From an uncultured Clostridia bacterium (lineage in GTDB: Bacteria > Bacillota > Clostridia > Oscillospirales > CAG-382): a stretch of DNA of 37,317 nucleotides. The notes beneath the pieces were generated by a model that worked only from the letters and a program-made list of their open reading frames with translations, ran no database searches and had not been told where the DNA came from. The position numbers and the translations under genes are program-made. The first letter of the stretch is position 1. Every line of letters begins with the position of its first letter. Shown one piece after another: positions 18,011-26,788 of this stretch. Location of the stretch: positions 1-37,317 of the forward strand of contig CANQVQ010000002.1 in the NCBI GenBank assembly GCA_947627335.1, written 5' to 3'.

Positions 18011-18107
18011 GCTTTCATGCCCCGGCGGTCCTGCCCGCACAGGCAAATCCCTTCGTTTTAATCACCAAAAGGAAATTTTTTCGAGGATTTTCGGGAACCG
18101 GCGGCTC

Positions 18108-20564
18108 TCAGCCCCGGTCCCGCTTCTTTTTGCCCTTCCTTCGCACGGCAAACACGCCCGCCGCGGCAATAACCGCGACCGCGGCGACCGCAGCGGCGAT
18201 CCCCGCGTACAGCCAACCGCGACCGCCCTCCTCCGACGCGGACGATTCGTCTGCGGAGGCGCTTTCCTCAGCGGAGGACGCGTCGGCGCCGTCATCGCCT
18301 TCACTTGCGTCGCCGACGCTCACGTCGATCGGCAGCAGCTCGACGGTTCCGCGATATGCCTCGCGGGAGAAATTTTCGATGCGCACCGCGAGGTCTAAAT
18401 CGCGGTACAGGAAGGCGTTCTCCCCGTTTTGCTCCCGCAGTGCGTCGAGCAGACCGGACAGGTCGATCTCCCCGCTCTCATACTGCCCGAACAGGTCGTC
18501 CGCGTCCGCTCCGAACAATGCAAACCGCTTCTTCGCCTGCTCGACCAGCAACTTGACGCTCTCGCTCTCGTGCGCCGTGAAGGACAGCGCGTCGTTCTCG
18601 TAGACGGTTCCGCGCAGGAAATCCGCGTAGCCGTATTTCTCGTACGCGCTCCACTCGAAGTACGCGATGCCGTCCGCCCCGTAGAGCGGCGCCTGCTTTG
18701 CCTGCAGAGCGATCTCGTCCTCGGTGAAGGACATATACGCACCGCTGCCCATGACGAGGAAGGTCTTTTCGTTGCGGTACGGGGAGAATTTTTCGGTCGA
18801 CGACCGCATAAGCCCCTCGCCGTAGGACATCGGGTAGATGCCGTCCACCAGCGCACGGTCCATCCACGTCCGGCTGTCCTGACAGTAGGACGCGAGCGCC
18901 GTGTCGTCCGCGACGGCGGCGGTCACATACAGGTCCGGGCGCAGGTCGTCGATCATGCCCCGCAGTTCCTCGAGGAATTCCGTGATCAGTCCCGCCCGGA
19001 ACTGCACCCATTCGTTCCACTGCGGGTGCGAACGCAGCTGCGTGCCGATCTCGTCCACCGTCGACGCGGGCAGACCAGTCTTTTCGGCGAATTTCTGCTT
19101 GGTGATCTCGTCGTAGCCGTAATCCACGCTCCCGTCGAAATAGGGGTAGCGGATATAGTCGAATTCCAGCCCGGAAATATCGTAATGCTGGATGATATAG
19201 CGGACGTAGGCGCTGAAGTAGGCGCGGTACGCGTCGTTCGCCGGCGAGAAGAACGGGTCGAGGTTGGCGGTTTCGCGGTTCGTGGTCGTCTGCCACTCTT
19301 TCTGATAGCGCACGCCGCCGCTGTTCTGGAACACCGGGATACTCACGACCAGCTCGATGCCCTCCGCCCGGCACGCCTCGGCGTATACCGCGAGCAGATC
19401 CACGTTCTTGCACCGCGTGTCGACGCGGAAGGGGAATTCAATGCTTCCGCCTTCGCCGTCGTCCAGCGCTTCCGGCATGGGGACGATCGTGTGGTGTCCG
19501 TTGGAAACGCCCAGCCGAAGCTGATTGATCCCGACCTCCGCCATGCGGCGGACCGACGCGACCGCGCTCTCGGCGTTCAATTCGGTCGGGACGTACCAAA
19601 CGCTGCGCACCCCGACCGGCGCACGCTCGGTCAGCCCGAGCCGGATCGGCGTGAGCCGCGCAAGCAGTTCGTCGCGAGCCGCAAACGACGGAAATCCGCC
19701 GTCCGCTTCGATCTGCGCGATCTCCGCCTCCGCGTCCGCGAGCTGCGCTTCGACGCCGTCGTAGTCCACCAGCCGCAGTTCTTCCTTCGCCGTTTCCAGC
19801 TCCCGCCGAATATCCGCAAGTTCCGCCCTCGCCGTGGTCATGAGCATCGGCGGCTCGTACCTGACGGTGACGCGAAGCCCGTCGAGTTCGCAGGACGCGC
19901 CGGGGATGAAGTAGGTCTTGAGCAGGTTGATGTCGGTTTTTTCGATGGCGGAGATCACATATCCGCCCTCGGGGACGGCGTTGTCGTTGCCGCCGGCGGA
20001 CAGGATCCGTCCGTCCGCGCCGACGCAGACTTCGTAGCCGTAACCGTTGGTCCCGGTGGTTTCCCCGCGGTCGTAAAGGACGATAGTCTGCGCGTAGCGC
20101 ACGTCGTTATAGGTCGTCGCCTGCAGGGTATACTCGTAGAACGGGTCGATCTCCCCCGCGGAGATCAGCACCCGCGAGCTGTACGCGTCGAAATAGACGT
20201 TCGAGCCGATCTCGCACGCGTCGTAAGGCAGTTTGCCGGGGTCGTCGCAGCCGGAAACCACCATGCCGCCCGCCGGAATGGCGAGATCCCTGCCCCGCGA
20301 ATCCCCCGCCGGGATCTTTTCGATGACCTTGCCGTCCGCATCGACGACGATGTTCCAGCCGTACTGGTTCTGCCCGGTCGTTTCCGCGTTGCGGTAGACG
20401 ATAAGGGTCTGTTCCCAGCGGGTGCCGTTGACGGCGTTGACCGGGAAGATGTGCGTCTCCTCCCCCTCCGCCGAGACCCCGAGCGGCAAAACGGGACCGA
20501 ACAGCACGGATGTCAAAAGCAAGAGCGCCAGCGCCCGCAGACGGGCGAATCGGTGAGCATTCAT
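18108..20564 (-). CDS. GHL10/UPF0748 (YngK/YddW-like) glycoside-hydrolase-like protein with signal peptide, duplicated N-terminal domain and C-terminal TM anchor
   Basis: Start taken at MNAHRFARLRALALLLL (ATG at 20564, RBS AAGGGAAA). Motif ISGLEFDYIRYPY is typical of the family. Acidic Ser/Asp/Glu linker, then a TM helix and KKKR tail. Confidence 0.8.
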   Translation of the reverse strand: MNAHRFARLRALALLLLTSVLFGPVLPLGVSAEGEETHIFPVNAVNGTRWEQTLIVYRNAETTGQNQYGWNIVVDADGKVIEKIPAGDSRGRDLAIPAGGMVVSGCDDPGKLPYDACEIGSNVYFDAYSSRVLISAGEIDPFYEYTLQATTYNDVRYAQTIVLYDRGETTGTNGYGYEVCVGADGRILSAGGNDNAVPEGGYVISAIEKTDINLLKTYFIPGASCELDGLRVTVRYEPPMLMTTARAELADIRRELETAKEELRLVDYDGVEAQLADAEAEIAQIEADGGFPSFAARDELLARLTPIRLGLTERAPVGVRSVWYVPTELNAESAVASVRRMAEVGINQLRLGVSNGHHTIVPMPEALDDGEGGSIEFPFRVDTRCKNVDLLAVYAEACRAEGIELVVSIPVFQNSGGVRYQKEWQTTTNRETANLDPFFSPANDAYRAYFSAYVRYIIQHYDISGLEFDYIRYPYFDGSVDYGYDEITKQKFAEKTGLPASTVDEIGTQLRSHPQWNEWVQFRAGLITEFLEELRGMIDDLRPDLYVTAAVADDTALASYCQDSRTWMDRALVDGIYPMSYGEGLMRSSTEKFSPYRNEKTFLVMGSGAYMSFTEDEIALQAKQAPLYGADGIAYFEWSAYEKYGYADFLRGTVYENDALSFTAHESESVKLLVEQAKKRFALFGADADDLFGQYESGEIDLSGLLDALREQNGENAFLYRDLDLAVRIENFSREAYRGTVELLPIDVSVGDASEGDDGADASSAEESASADESSASEEGGRGWLYAGIAAAVAAVAVIAAAGVFAVRRKGKKKRDRG

Positions 20565-20679
20565 GGATGATTTCCCTTTCCCTGCACAGACAAATTTCCT
20601 GTTTTGCACATTTTAGCATATCTTCCCCGCTTTGTCAACCGGCATTTCCCGCCCCGTGCGCTCTGTCTGCATCTTCCTC

Positions 20680-20708
20680 TTGACAACGACGCCGTTTTGC
20701 GGTAAAAT
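20680..20708 (+). promoter_or_regulatory. sigma-A type promoter for coaX
   Basis: TTGACA (20680-20685), 17 nt, TAAAAT (20703-20708). Confidence 0.6.
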
Positions 20709-20743
20709 AGGGCGAAGGACGCGAAAAAAACGGAGGGATCGGT

Positions 20744-21550
20744 ATGCTGCTTGCGGCGGACATCGGAAATTCGAGCATCTCGTTCGGACTGTTCGACGGG
20801 GACGGAACGCTCCTGCACAAAAGCAAGGTCTCGGCGGAAAAGACCCGCACGGCGGACGAGTACGCGGTTCTGGTGGGCGGTCTGCTGAAGCTGCACGGCG
20901 TGTCGGCGCAGGACGTGACCGACTGCGTGCTGTCCTCCGTCGTGCCGACGCTGACGCGCAACCTGCGGGTTGCCCTGCGGACGCTGTTCGGCGTGCAGGC
21001 GTTGGAGGTCGGTCCGGGCATTCGGACCGGGCTGAATAGCCGCATCGAAAGCCAGGCGGAACTGGGCGCGGACCTCGTCGCGAACGCGGTCGCCGCCCTG
21101 GCGTCGTTTTCCCCGCCGGTGGTCGTCGTGGACGTCGGAACGGCGACGACGTTTACCGTGCTGGACGGGAACGGCACGCTGGAGGGCGCGGTGATCGCGC
21201 CGGGACTTCGGATGTCCATGGACGCGCTGTCCGCCGGTGCGTCGGAGCTGCCGGACGTTTCGCTGGTCCCGCCGAAGCGGCTGATCGGGAAGAATTCGCG
21301 GGAATCCATGAATATCGGCGTGCTGTACGGACACGCGTTCCTGATCGACGGCTTTCTGGATCGCTTCCGGGGGGCGCTCCGCACGCAGACGTTGACCGCC
21401 GTCGCGACCGGGGGGCTTGCCGAAACCGTCCTGACCTTCTGCCGTGCGCCGATGACCCACTGCCCGGACCTGACCCTGCGGGGACTGTACCTGCTTTGGA
21501 AGCGCAACCGCTGTCCTTCCGCGGACGCCGCCGGACCGAAAAACGCTTGA
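20744..21550 (+). CDS. coaX: type III pantothenate kinase
   Basis: 268 aa. N-terminal LLAADIGNSSI (DxGNT/S) motif. RBS GGAGGG. Confidence 0.9.
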   Translation: MLLAADIGNSSISFGLFDGDGTLLHKSKVSAEKTRTADEYAVLVGGLLKLHGVSAQDVTDCVLSSVVPTLTRNLRVALRTLFGVQALEVGPGIRTGLNSRIESQAELGADLVANAVAALASFSPPVVVVDVGTATTFTVLDGNGTLEGAVIAPGLRMSMDALSAGASELPDVSLVPPKRLIGKNSRESMNIGVLYGHAFLIDGFLDRFRGALRTQTLTAVATGGLAETVLTFCRAPMTHCPDLTLRGLYLLWKRNRCPSADAAGPKNA

Positions 21551-21650
21551 GCCCCAACCCACGCTATGAACGCGGGAAACCGCTTTCATAAATACACCGC
21601 CGCGCCGTACCCGCCATGCGGGACGTCAGCGGCAAAAAGGAGAAACCCCT

Positions 21651-22262
21651 ATGCAAACCAACGCAAAAACCCTGTCAAAGACACAAAGCATCACCCTGCT
21701 TGGTCTTATGACCGCCCTTGTGGTTGTTCTGCAGCTGCTCGGTTCGTTTATCCATCTCGGACTCTTTTCCATCTCGCTCGTGCTGGTCCCGATCGTCATC
21801 GGCGCGACGCTGCTCGGTCCGCTCGCGGGCGGGTGGCTCGGTCTGGCGTTCGGCGTGACCGTCCTGATTTCCGGCGACGCGGCGTTCTTCATGGGCTTCA
21901 ATGCCGCCGGGACGATTATCACGGTGCTGGTCAAAGGCGTCGCGGCGGGCGTCGCGGCGGGCTTCGTCTATTCCGCCCTGCAAAAGTGGAACCGCTGGGT
22001 CGCCATCCTTGCCGCGGCGCTCGTCTGCCCGGTCGTGAACACCGGCGTGTTCGTCGCCGGATGTTTCCTGTTCTTTTTCGGCGACCTCACTGCGGTCGCG
22101 GCGGAAGCCGGAGAAAACGTTTTCGCCTACATCTTTTTGGTGCTGGTGGGCGGGAACTTCCTGTTCGAGGTGCTGTTCAACCTCGTGCTTGCCCCGGTCA
22201 TTCTCCGTTTGACGGAGATCGGTGAAAAAGTCTTTCGGCGAAGCCGCGGTCTTTCCGCGTAA
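21651..22262 (+). CDS. ECF transporter S component (substrate-capture subunit; pantothenate PanT-like by context)
   Basis: 203 aa with about 6 TM helices and Gly/Ala-rich helices typical of ECF S components. RBS AAAGGAG. Directly downstream of coaX. Confidence 0.7.
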   Translation: MQTNAKTLSKTQSITLLGLMTALVVVLQLLGSFIHLGLFSISLVLVPIVIGATLLGPLAGGWLGLAFGVTVLISGDAAFFMGFNAAGTIITVLVKGVAAGVAAGFVYSALQKWNRWVAILAAALVCPVVNTGVFVAGCFLFFFGDLTAVAAEAGENVFAYIFLVLVGGNFLFEVLFNLVLAPVILRLTEIGEKVFRRSRGLSA

Positions 22263-22281
22263 GCCGAAGAAATCCATACGG

Positions 22282-22316
22282 AAAAGGCGTCGCCGGGTGG
22301 GGCGACGCCTTTTTCT
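22282..22316. terminator. bidirectional intrinsic terminator between convergent genes
   Basis: AAAAGGCGTCGCC, 6-nt loop, GGCGACGCCTTTTT. Confidence 0.85.
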
Positions 22317-22324
22317 TCAAAAAA

Positions 22325-24835
22325 TCAGTTTTTCTTTCGCCGAAATCCGTCCCGGACCCGCTTGTACAGCTCGCAGAACACCAGCGGGAACGCGCACAGC
22401 CCCGCAGTGCACAGCCATTGCGCCGCGTCGAGCGGAACGGTCAGGAACAGCCGTCCGAGAAACGGGACCTGCACGACGGCGACCTGCATAGCGGTCCCGA
22501 GCAGGAACGAACCGAGCAGCCACGGGTTGGAGAACGGCGAAACCGTAAAGAGCGACGCGGAGGTCCGCATATTGAACGCGTGTACCAACTGCGACACCGC
22601 CAGCACCGTGAAAGCCATGGTCCGTCCGACGGCGAACCCGCCGGAGACCGCCCCGAACCCGAAGGCGAGCAGGGACAGGCAGCCGATCAGGATCCCTTCC
22701 GCGAAGATCTCCAGCCAACGCGGTGCGGGGAACAACGGCTCGTCGCGCCGTCCCGGCGGATGGCGCATCACGTCCCGCGCAGGCTTCTCCAGCCCGAGCG
22801 AAATGGCGGGCAGGGAGTCGGTCACGAGGTTGACCCAGAGGAGCTGGATCGCCTCGAGCGGGGAGGGCAGGGAGAGCAGAATACCGAGCAGGACCGTGAC
22901 AATCTCGCCGATATTGCAGGAGAGCAGGAAATGCACGGCACGGCGGATGTTTCCGTAGATGGTCCGCCCCTCGCGGACGGATTCGACGACGGTGGAGAAG
23001 TTGTCGTCGGTCAGGATCAGGTCGGACGCTTCCCGTGCGACCTCCGTGCCGCCCTTGCCCATCGCGCAGCCGATGTCCGCCTTGCGGAGCGCCGGCGCGT
23101 CGTTGACCCCGTCGCCGGTCATGGCGACGACGAAGCCGTTCCTTCGGTACGCGTCGACGATCCGCATCTTGAAGGCGGGCGTGGTGCGGGCGAACACCGT
23201 GCAGGTGCGGACCTGCTCGGAAAGCTGTTCGTCGGACAGGTCCCGCAGTTCCGCCTCCGTGCGGCAGGTCTGCCCGTCCCGCAGGATCCCGAGCCGACGG
23301 GCGACGGCGGAGGCGGTCGAGGCGTGGTCGCCGGTGATCATGACCGGCAGGATCCCCGCGTCGGCGCACTGCCGAACCGCGTCCTCCACCCCTTCGCGGG
23401 GCGGATCCTCCATCCCGCAAAGCCCGAGGAAGCGAAAACGCTGCCGCAGCGGGTCCGCAGGGAGAACGTCCGATTCCGCGAGCGCAAACCCGATGACCCG
23501 TTTCGCGTCCTCCGTCATGCCCCGCATCGCGTCCGCTGCCTCCCGTGAAAGTCCGCCGCAAAGCCCCGCGAGCACGTCCGGCGCACCCTTCAGATAGGTC
23601 AAAAAGCGGTTCCCGGAACGGTGTACGGTCAGCATTCGCTTGACGTCCGAATCGAACGGCAGGGTCTTCACCCGCGGAAAGCGTTCGCGGAGGGCGTCCG
23701 GGTCCTTTCCCGCACGGACGGCGAACGCCCAGAGCGCTTCCTCGGTCGGGGACGCCCGGTCGTTGCAGAGGACGCACGCCCGTGCGACCTGTTCGCGGTC
23801 GCCGTACACGTCGGTGACGGTCATGCGGTTGCAGGTCAGCGTGCCGGTCTTATCCGAACAGATGACCCCGGCGCAGCCGAGCGTTTCCACCGCCGGGAGC
23901 CTGCGCACGATGGCGCGCTGCTTCGCCATGCGCTGTACGCCGAGCGACAGCACGACGGTCACGATGGCGGGCAGCCCCTCCGGGATCGCCGCGACGGCGA
24001 GGCTGACGCTCGTCAGGAACATATCCTTCGGCTCCAGCCCCTTCCAGAGGGAAAGCAGGAAGATGACCGCACAGATGCCGACGGTCAGGTTGCCGAACAC
24101 CCCGGACAGCTTCGCGAGCCGCTGCTGCAGCGGGGTCTTCTCCCCCTCGCCCTCCAGCAGCGACGCGATGCTCCCCACGGCGGTGTCCATGCCGGTCTTG
24201 ACCGCAACGAACAGCCCGCTCCCGGCGAGGACCGCCGTCCCGCCCCACACCGCGTTGACCACGTCGCCGGTCGGGGTCCCGGGCGGGAGCAGACGCGACG
24301 CGTCCTTGCGCACGCCGCCGGATTCGCCGGTCAGCGCCGATTCGTCCGTGAGCAGTCCGTCCGCTTCCAGCAGGCGACCGTCGCAGGGGACGATCTCCCC
24401 TTTCGACAGGCGGACGACGTCCCCGGGGACGACCTGTTCGCCGGGAATACACCGTTCGACCCCGTCCCGCAGGACCGTGCAGGTCGGCGCGGAGATGCGT
24501 TTGAGCGCTTCGAGCGCCTTTTCCGCCCGGCTCTCCTGGATCAGCGTGACGACGGCGTTGAGCAGGACGATGGCGAGGATGATGAACGGGTCGGGGCTCC
24601 ATTCGCCGTTGAGGCGGTCGGCGGCGAAGGAGATGGCCGCCGCCGCGAGCAGGACCAGCGTCATGCGGTCGGCGAAGGCGGAGAAAAAGCGGAGAAGCGG
24701 GTGTTTTCGCCGGCGGGGACGCAGGGTGTTTGCGCCGTAGGTGCGCAGGCGGTCGGCGGCGTCGCGTCCGCGCAGACCGTTTCGGTCGGTTTTCAGTTCG
24801 CGCAGGAGGACTTCTTGTTCTTCAGAGTACCACAC
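22325..24835 (-). CDS. cation-translocating P-type ATPase (type IIA, Ca2+-ATPase-like)
   Basis: Motifs DKTGTLT, TGDGVNDAPAL and PEGLP. Start placed at GTG 24835 (MWYSEEQEV...), 8 nt after RBS AAAGGAAAGG. The upstream 77 codons of the listed ORF are R/P/A-rich and overlap the neighbouring gene. Confidence 0.85.
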   Translation of the reverse strand: MWYSEEQEVLLRELKTDRNGLRGRDAADRLRTYGANTLRPRRRKHPLLRFFSAFADRMTLVLLAAAAISFAADRLNGEWSPDPFIILAIVLLNAVVTLIQESRAEKALEALKRISAPTCTVLRDGVERCIPGEQVVPGDVVRLSKGEIVPCDGRLLEADGLLTDESALTGESGGVRKDASRLLPPGTPTGDVVNAVWGGTAVLAGSGLFVAVKTGMDTAVGSIASLLEGEGEKTPLQQRLAKLSGVFGNLTVGICAVIFLLSLWKGLEPKDMFLTSVSLAVAAIPEGLPAIVTVVLSLGVQRMAKQRAIVRRLPAVETLGCAGVICSDKTGTLTCNRMTVTDVYGDREQVARACVLCNDRASPTEEALWAFAVRAGKDPDALRERFPRVKTLPFDSDVKRMLTVHRSGNRFLTYLKGAPDVLAGLCGGLSREAADAMRGMTEDAKRVIGFALAESDVLPADPLRQRFRFLGLCGMEDPPREGVEDAVRQCADAGILPVMITGDHASTASAVARRLGILRDGQTCRTEAELRDLSDEQLSEQVRTCTVFARTTPAFKMRIVDAYRRNGFVVAMTGDGVNDAPALRKADIGCAMGKGGTEVAREASDLILTDDNFSTVVESVREGRTIYGNIRRAVHFLLSCNIGEIVTVLLGILLSLPSPLEAIQLLWVNLVTDSLPAISLGLEKPARDVMRHPPGRRDEPLFPAPRWLEIFAEGILIGCLSLLAFGFGAVSGGFAVGRTMAFTVLAVSQLVHAFNMRTSASLFTVSPFSNPWLLGSFLLGTAMQVAVVQVPFLGRLFLTVPLDAAQWLCTAGLCAFPLVFCELYKRVRDGFRRKKN

Positions 24836-26121
24836 GTTGACAACCTTTCCTTTTGAGCGGAGATATATACGACTTCTTTTCGTTGCAGGAACAGCAGCAG
24901 GAGGTTCGGCAGGATCATCAGCGCGTTGAGCACGTCCGCCGCCGCCCAGAGCGCGTGCATCGGGACGAACGCCCCGAAGAATGCCGCCCCGACGGACAGC
25001 AGGCGGTAGACCGTCTGCCCGTGCGGCAGGGCGAGGAAGGTCAGGCAGACGTCGCTGTAATAGCACCAGCTGAGGATGGACGAAAAGGCGAACACCGCCG
25101 CGAGCAGCGTGAGCAGCAGGACGCCGAACGTCCCGAACGCATTCCCGAACAGCTCCGCCATTCGCAGGGGCTCCCCGCCCGCCGAAAGCAGTGCGAGCGC
25201 CGTCAGGGTGGAGACGAGGAACGTGTCGACGAGGATCTCAAACGCACCCCATTCCCCCTGCTTCTGCGGGTCGCTTTCGCCGGAGGACGCGTGCGCGAGC
25301 GGGGAGGAACCGACGCCCGCTTCGTTCGAGAACACCCCGCGTGCGAATCCCTCGCGCAGCGCCAGCGAAAGCAGGCTCCCGCTCACGCCGCCGACCGCCG
25401 CACGCACCCCGAACGCCTCCCGCAGGATCCGCAGGAACACGCCCGGCAGGGCGGGCAGATCGCACAGCAGGATCCACAGGACCGCGAGCAGGTAGAGCGC
25501 CGACGCCGCCGGGACGATGGCGGTGTTCAGCTTGCCGATGCGCTTCCGCCCGCCGAACAGGACGTAAGCGAGCAGCAGCGCGCACGCTCCGCCGCAGACC
25601 GGGGCGGAAACGCCCAGCGTGCCCGCCGCCTCCGTCAGCGCGCCGATCTGCGCGAGGTTGCCGACCCCGAACGAGGAACATACGCACAGCAGGGCGAACA
25701 GCACGCCGAGCGGTCGCAGTCCGAGGTCGGTAAGCCCGTAAGGCGCGCCGCCGGCATATCCGCCGTCCGGCAGTTTCCGACGATGGGCGACAGCGAGGTA
25801 GACCTCGGCGTACTTCAGCGCCATGCCGGTGATCCCGCTGACCCACATCCAGAACACGCTGCCCGCTCCGCCGACGGCGATCCCGTAAGCGACGCCGGTG
25901 ATGCTCCCCACGCCGACCGTCCCGCCGAGCGCGGTGGATACCGAGGCGAGCAGGGTCCGCCGTCCCTCCTTTTTGCGGAACAGTCCGCCGACGGTATGGC
26001 GGCACAGGCGGATCGGATGGAGCTGGAAGAAGCCCGTCCGGACGGAGAACCAGAAGCCGCTGACGACCAGCAGCGCGATCATGGGGAATCCCCATAGGGC
26101 CTCCCGCAGGGTCTGCAGCAT
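24793..26121 (-). CDS. alanine/glycine:cation symporter (AGCS) family protein
   Basis: Start at MLQTLREALWGFPM (ATG 26121; perfect RBS AAAGGAG). Polytopic membrane protein with AGCS-like N-terminus. Confidence 0.85.
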   Translation of the reverse strand: MLQTLREALWGFPMIALLVVSGFWFSVRTGFFQLHPIRLCRHTVGGLFRKKEGRRTLLASVSTALGGTVGVGSITGVAYGIAVGGAGSVFWMWVSGITGMALKYAEVYLAVAHRRKLPDGGYAGGAPYGLTDLGLRPLGVLFALLCVCSSFGVGNLAQIGALTEAAGTLGVSAPVCGGACALLLAYVLFGGRKRIGKLNTAIVPAASALYLLAVLWILLCDLPALPGVFLRILREAFGVRAAVGGVSGSLLSLALREGFARGVFSNEAGVGSSPLAHASSGESDPQKQGEWGAFEILVDTFLVSTLTALALLSAGGEPLRMAELFGNAFGTFGVLLLTLLAAVFAFSSILSWCYYSDVCLTFLALPHGQTVYRLLSVGAAFFGAFVPMHALWAAADVLNALMILPNLLLLFLQRKEVVYISAQKERLSTCGTLKNKKSSCAN

Positions 26122-26161
26122 ACGAAACTCCTTTCCGGTGCGCGAAGAACGCGTTTTTCGG

Positions 26162-26190
26162 TTGACAAATGCGAAAAAATGTGGTATCTT
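26162..26190 (+). promoter_or_regulatory. sigma-A type promoter for the DivIVA-domain gene
   Basis: TTGACA (26162-26167), 17 nt, TATCTT (26185-26190). Confidence 0.55.
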
Positions 26191-26251
26191 ATCCGTAGAG
26201 AAAGAAACGGACGGCGCGGAAAGCGCCGAAAGAGATGGGACGGACGGCATT

Positions 26252-26788
26252 ATGGCGGAAGCAATGTTTGCGAAGGCGGGACGCGGTTACGACCGCGCAC
26301 AGGTGGACGCTTTCCTGCTGGAGATGAACCGCACCTGCGCGGAGAAGGAAACCGCGTGGGAGGACAAGCGGCGGGAACTGGAAACGGCGCTGGCGGAAGC
26401 GCAGGAAGAACTGAAGACCAAAGAAGCGGAATTTGAAGCGCGGGAGCGGGAACTGACCGAGGCGCTCGAAGCGAAGGAGCGGGAGTGCGAAACGCTGCAG
26501 GCGAGCATCGGACAGCGGATGCTGACTGCGGACGCACGTGCCGAGGAGATCCTCGCGCAAGCCCAACGGGAAGCGGCGGAACTGGTCGAAAAGGAGCGCT
26601 GCAAGGCGGAGCAGGAGACCGCACGCGCCGTCGCGGAGGTGCGCGCACGCTGCGCCGTGCTCGGGCAGGCGGCGGACCTGTTCGCCAAGCGCATCGGCGC
26701 GCTTTCGGCGGACCTGCGCAAGACGGAGACCGCCATCGGCGACGCGACGGAGGACCTGCGCCGCAAGACGCTCGGCAGTATGCAGTGA
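26252..26788 (+). CDS. DivIVA domain-containing coiled-coil protein
   Basis: Start at MAEAMFAKAGRGYDRAQVDAFL (the GYD..VD.FL DivIVA signature). The rest is E/A/R-rich coiled coil. Confidence 0.75.
   Translation: MAEAMFAKAGRGYDRAQVDAFLLEMNRTCAEKETAWEDKRRELETALAEAQEELKTKEAEFEARERELTEALEAKERECETLQASIGQRMLTADARAEEILAQAQREAAELVEKERCKAEQETARAVAEVRARCAVLGQAADLFAKRIGALSADLRKTETAIGDATEDLRRKTLGSMQ

Noticed and set aside
21551-21650. Possible riboswitch in the 100-nt spacer between coaX and the ECF S-component, and upstream of the AGCS symporter (a glycine riboswitch would be plausible there).
   Set aside because: The spacers are too short for those aptamers, and I could not recognise any conserved riboswitch core by eye. 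A covariance-model scan would be needed to exclude it formally.
25898-26251. N-terminal extensions of listed ORFs: 25898..26251 (DivIVA), 27731..28855 (ylbJ-like), 24836..25066 (ATPase), 26122..26250 (AGCS), 34756..35028 (XRE), 20565..20609 (GHL10), 9949..9984 (lipoprotein), 35575..35634 (MarR), 14792..14800 (yebC).
   Set aside because: The extensions overlap neighbouring genes or promoters, have junk-like composition, and bypass internal starts that have strong RBSs and family-typical N-termini.
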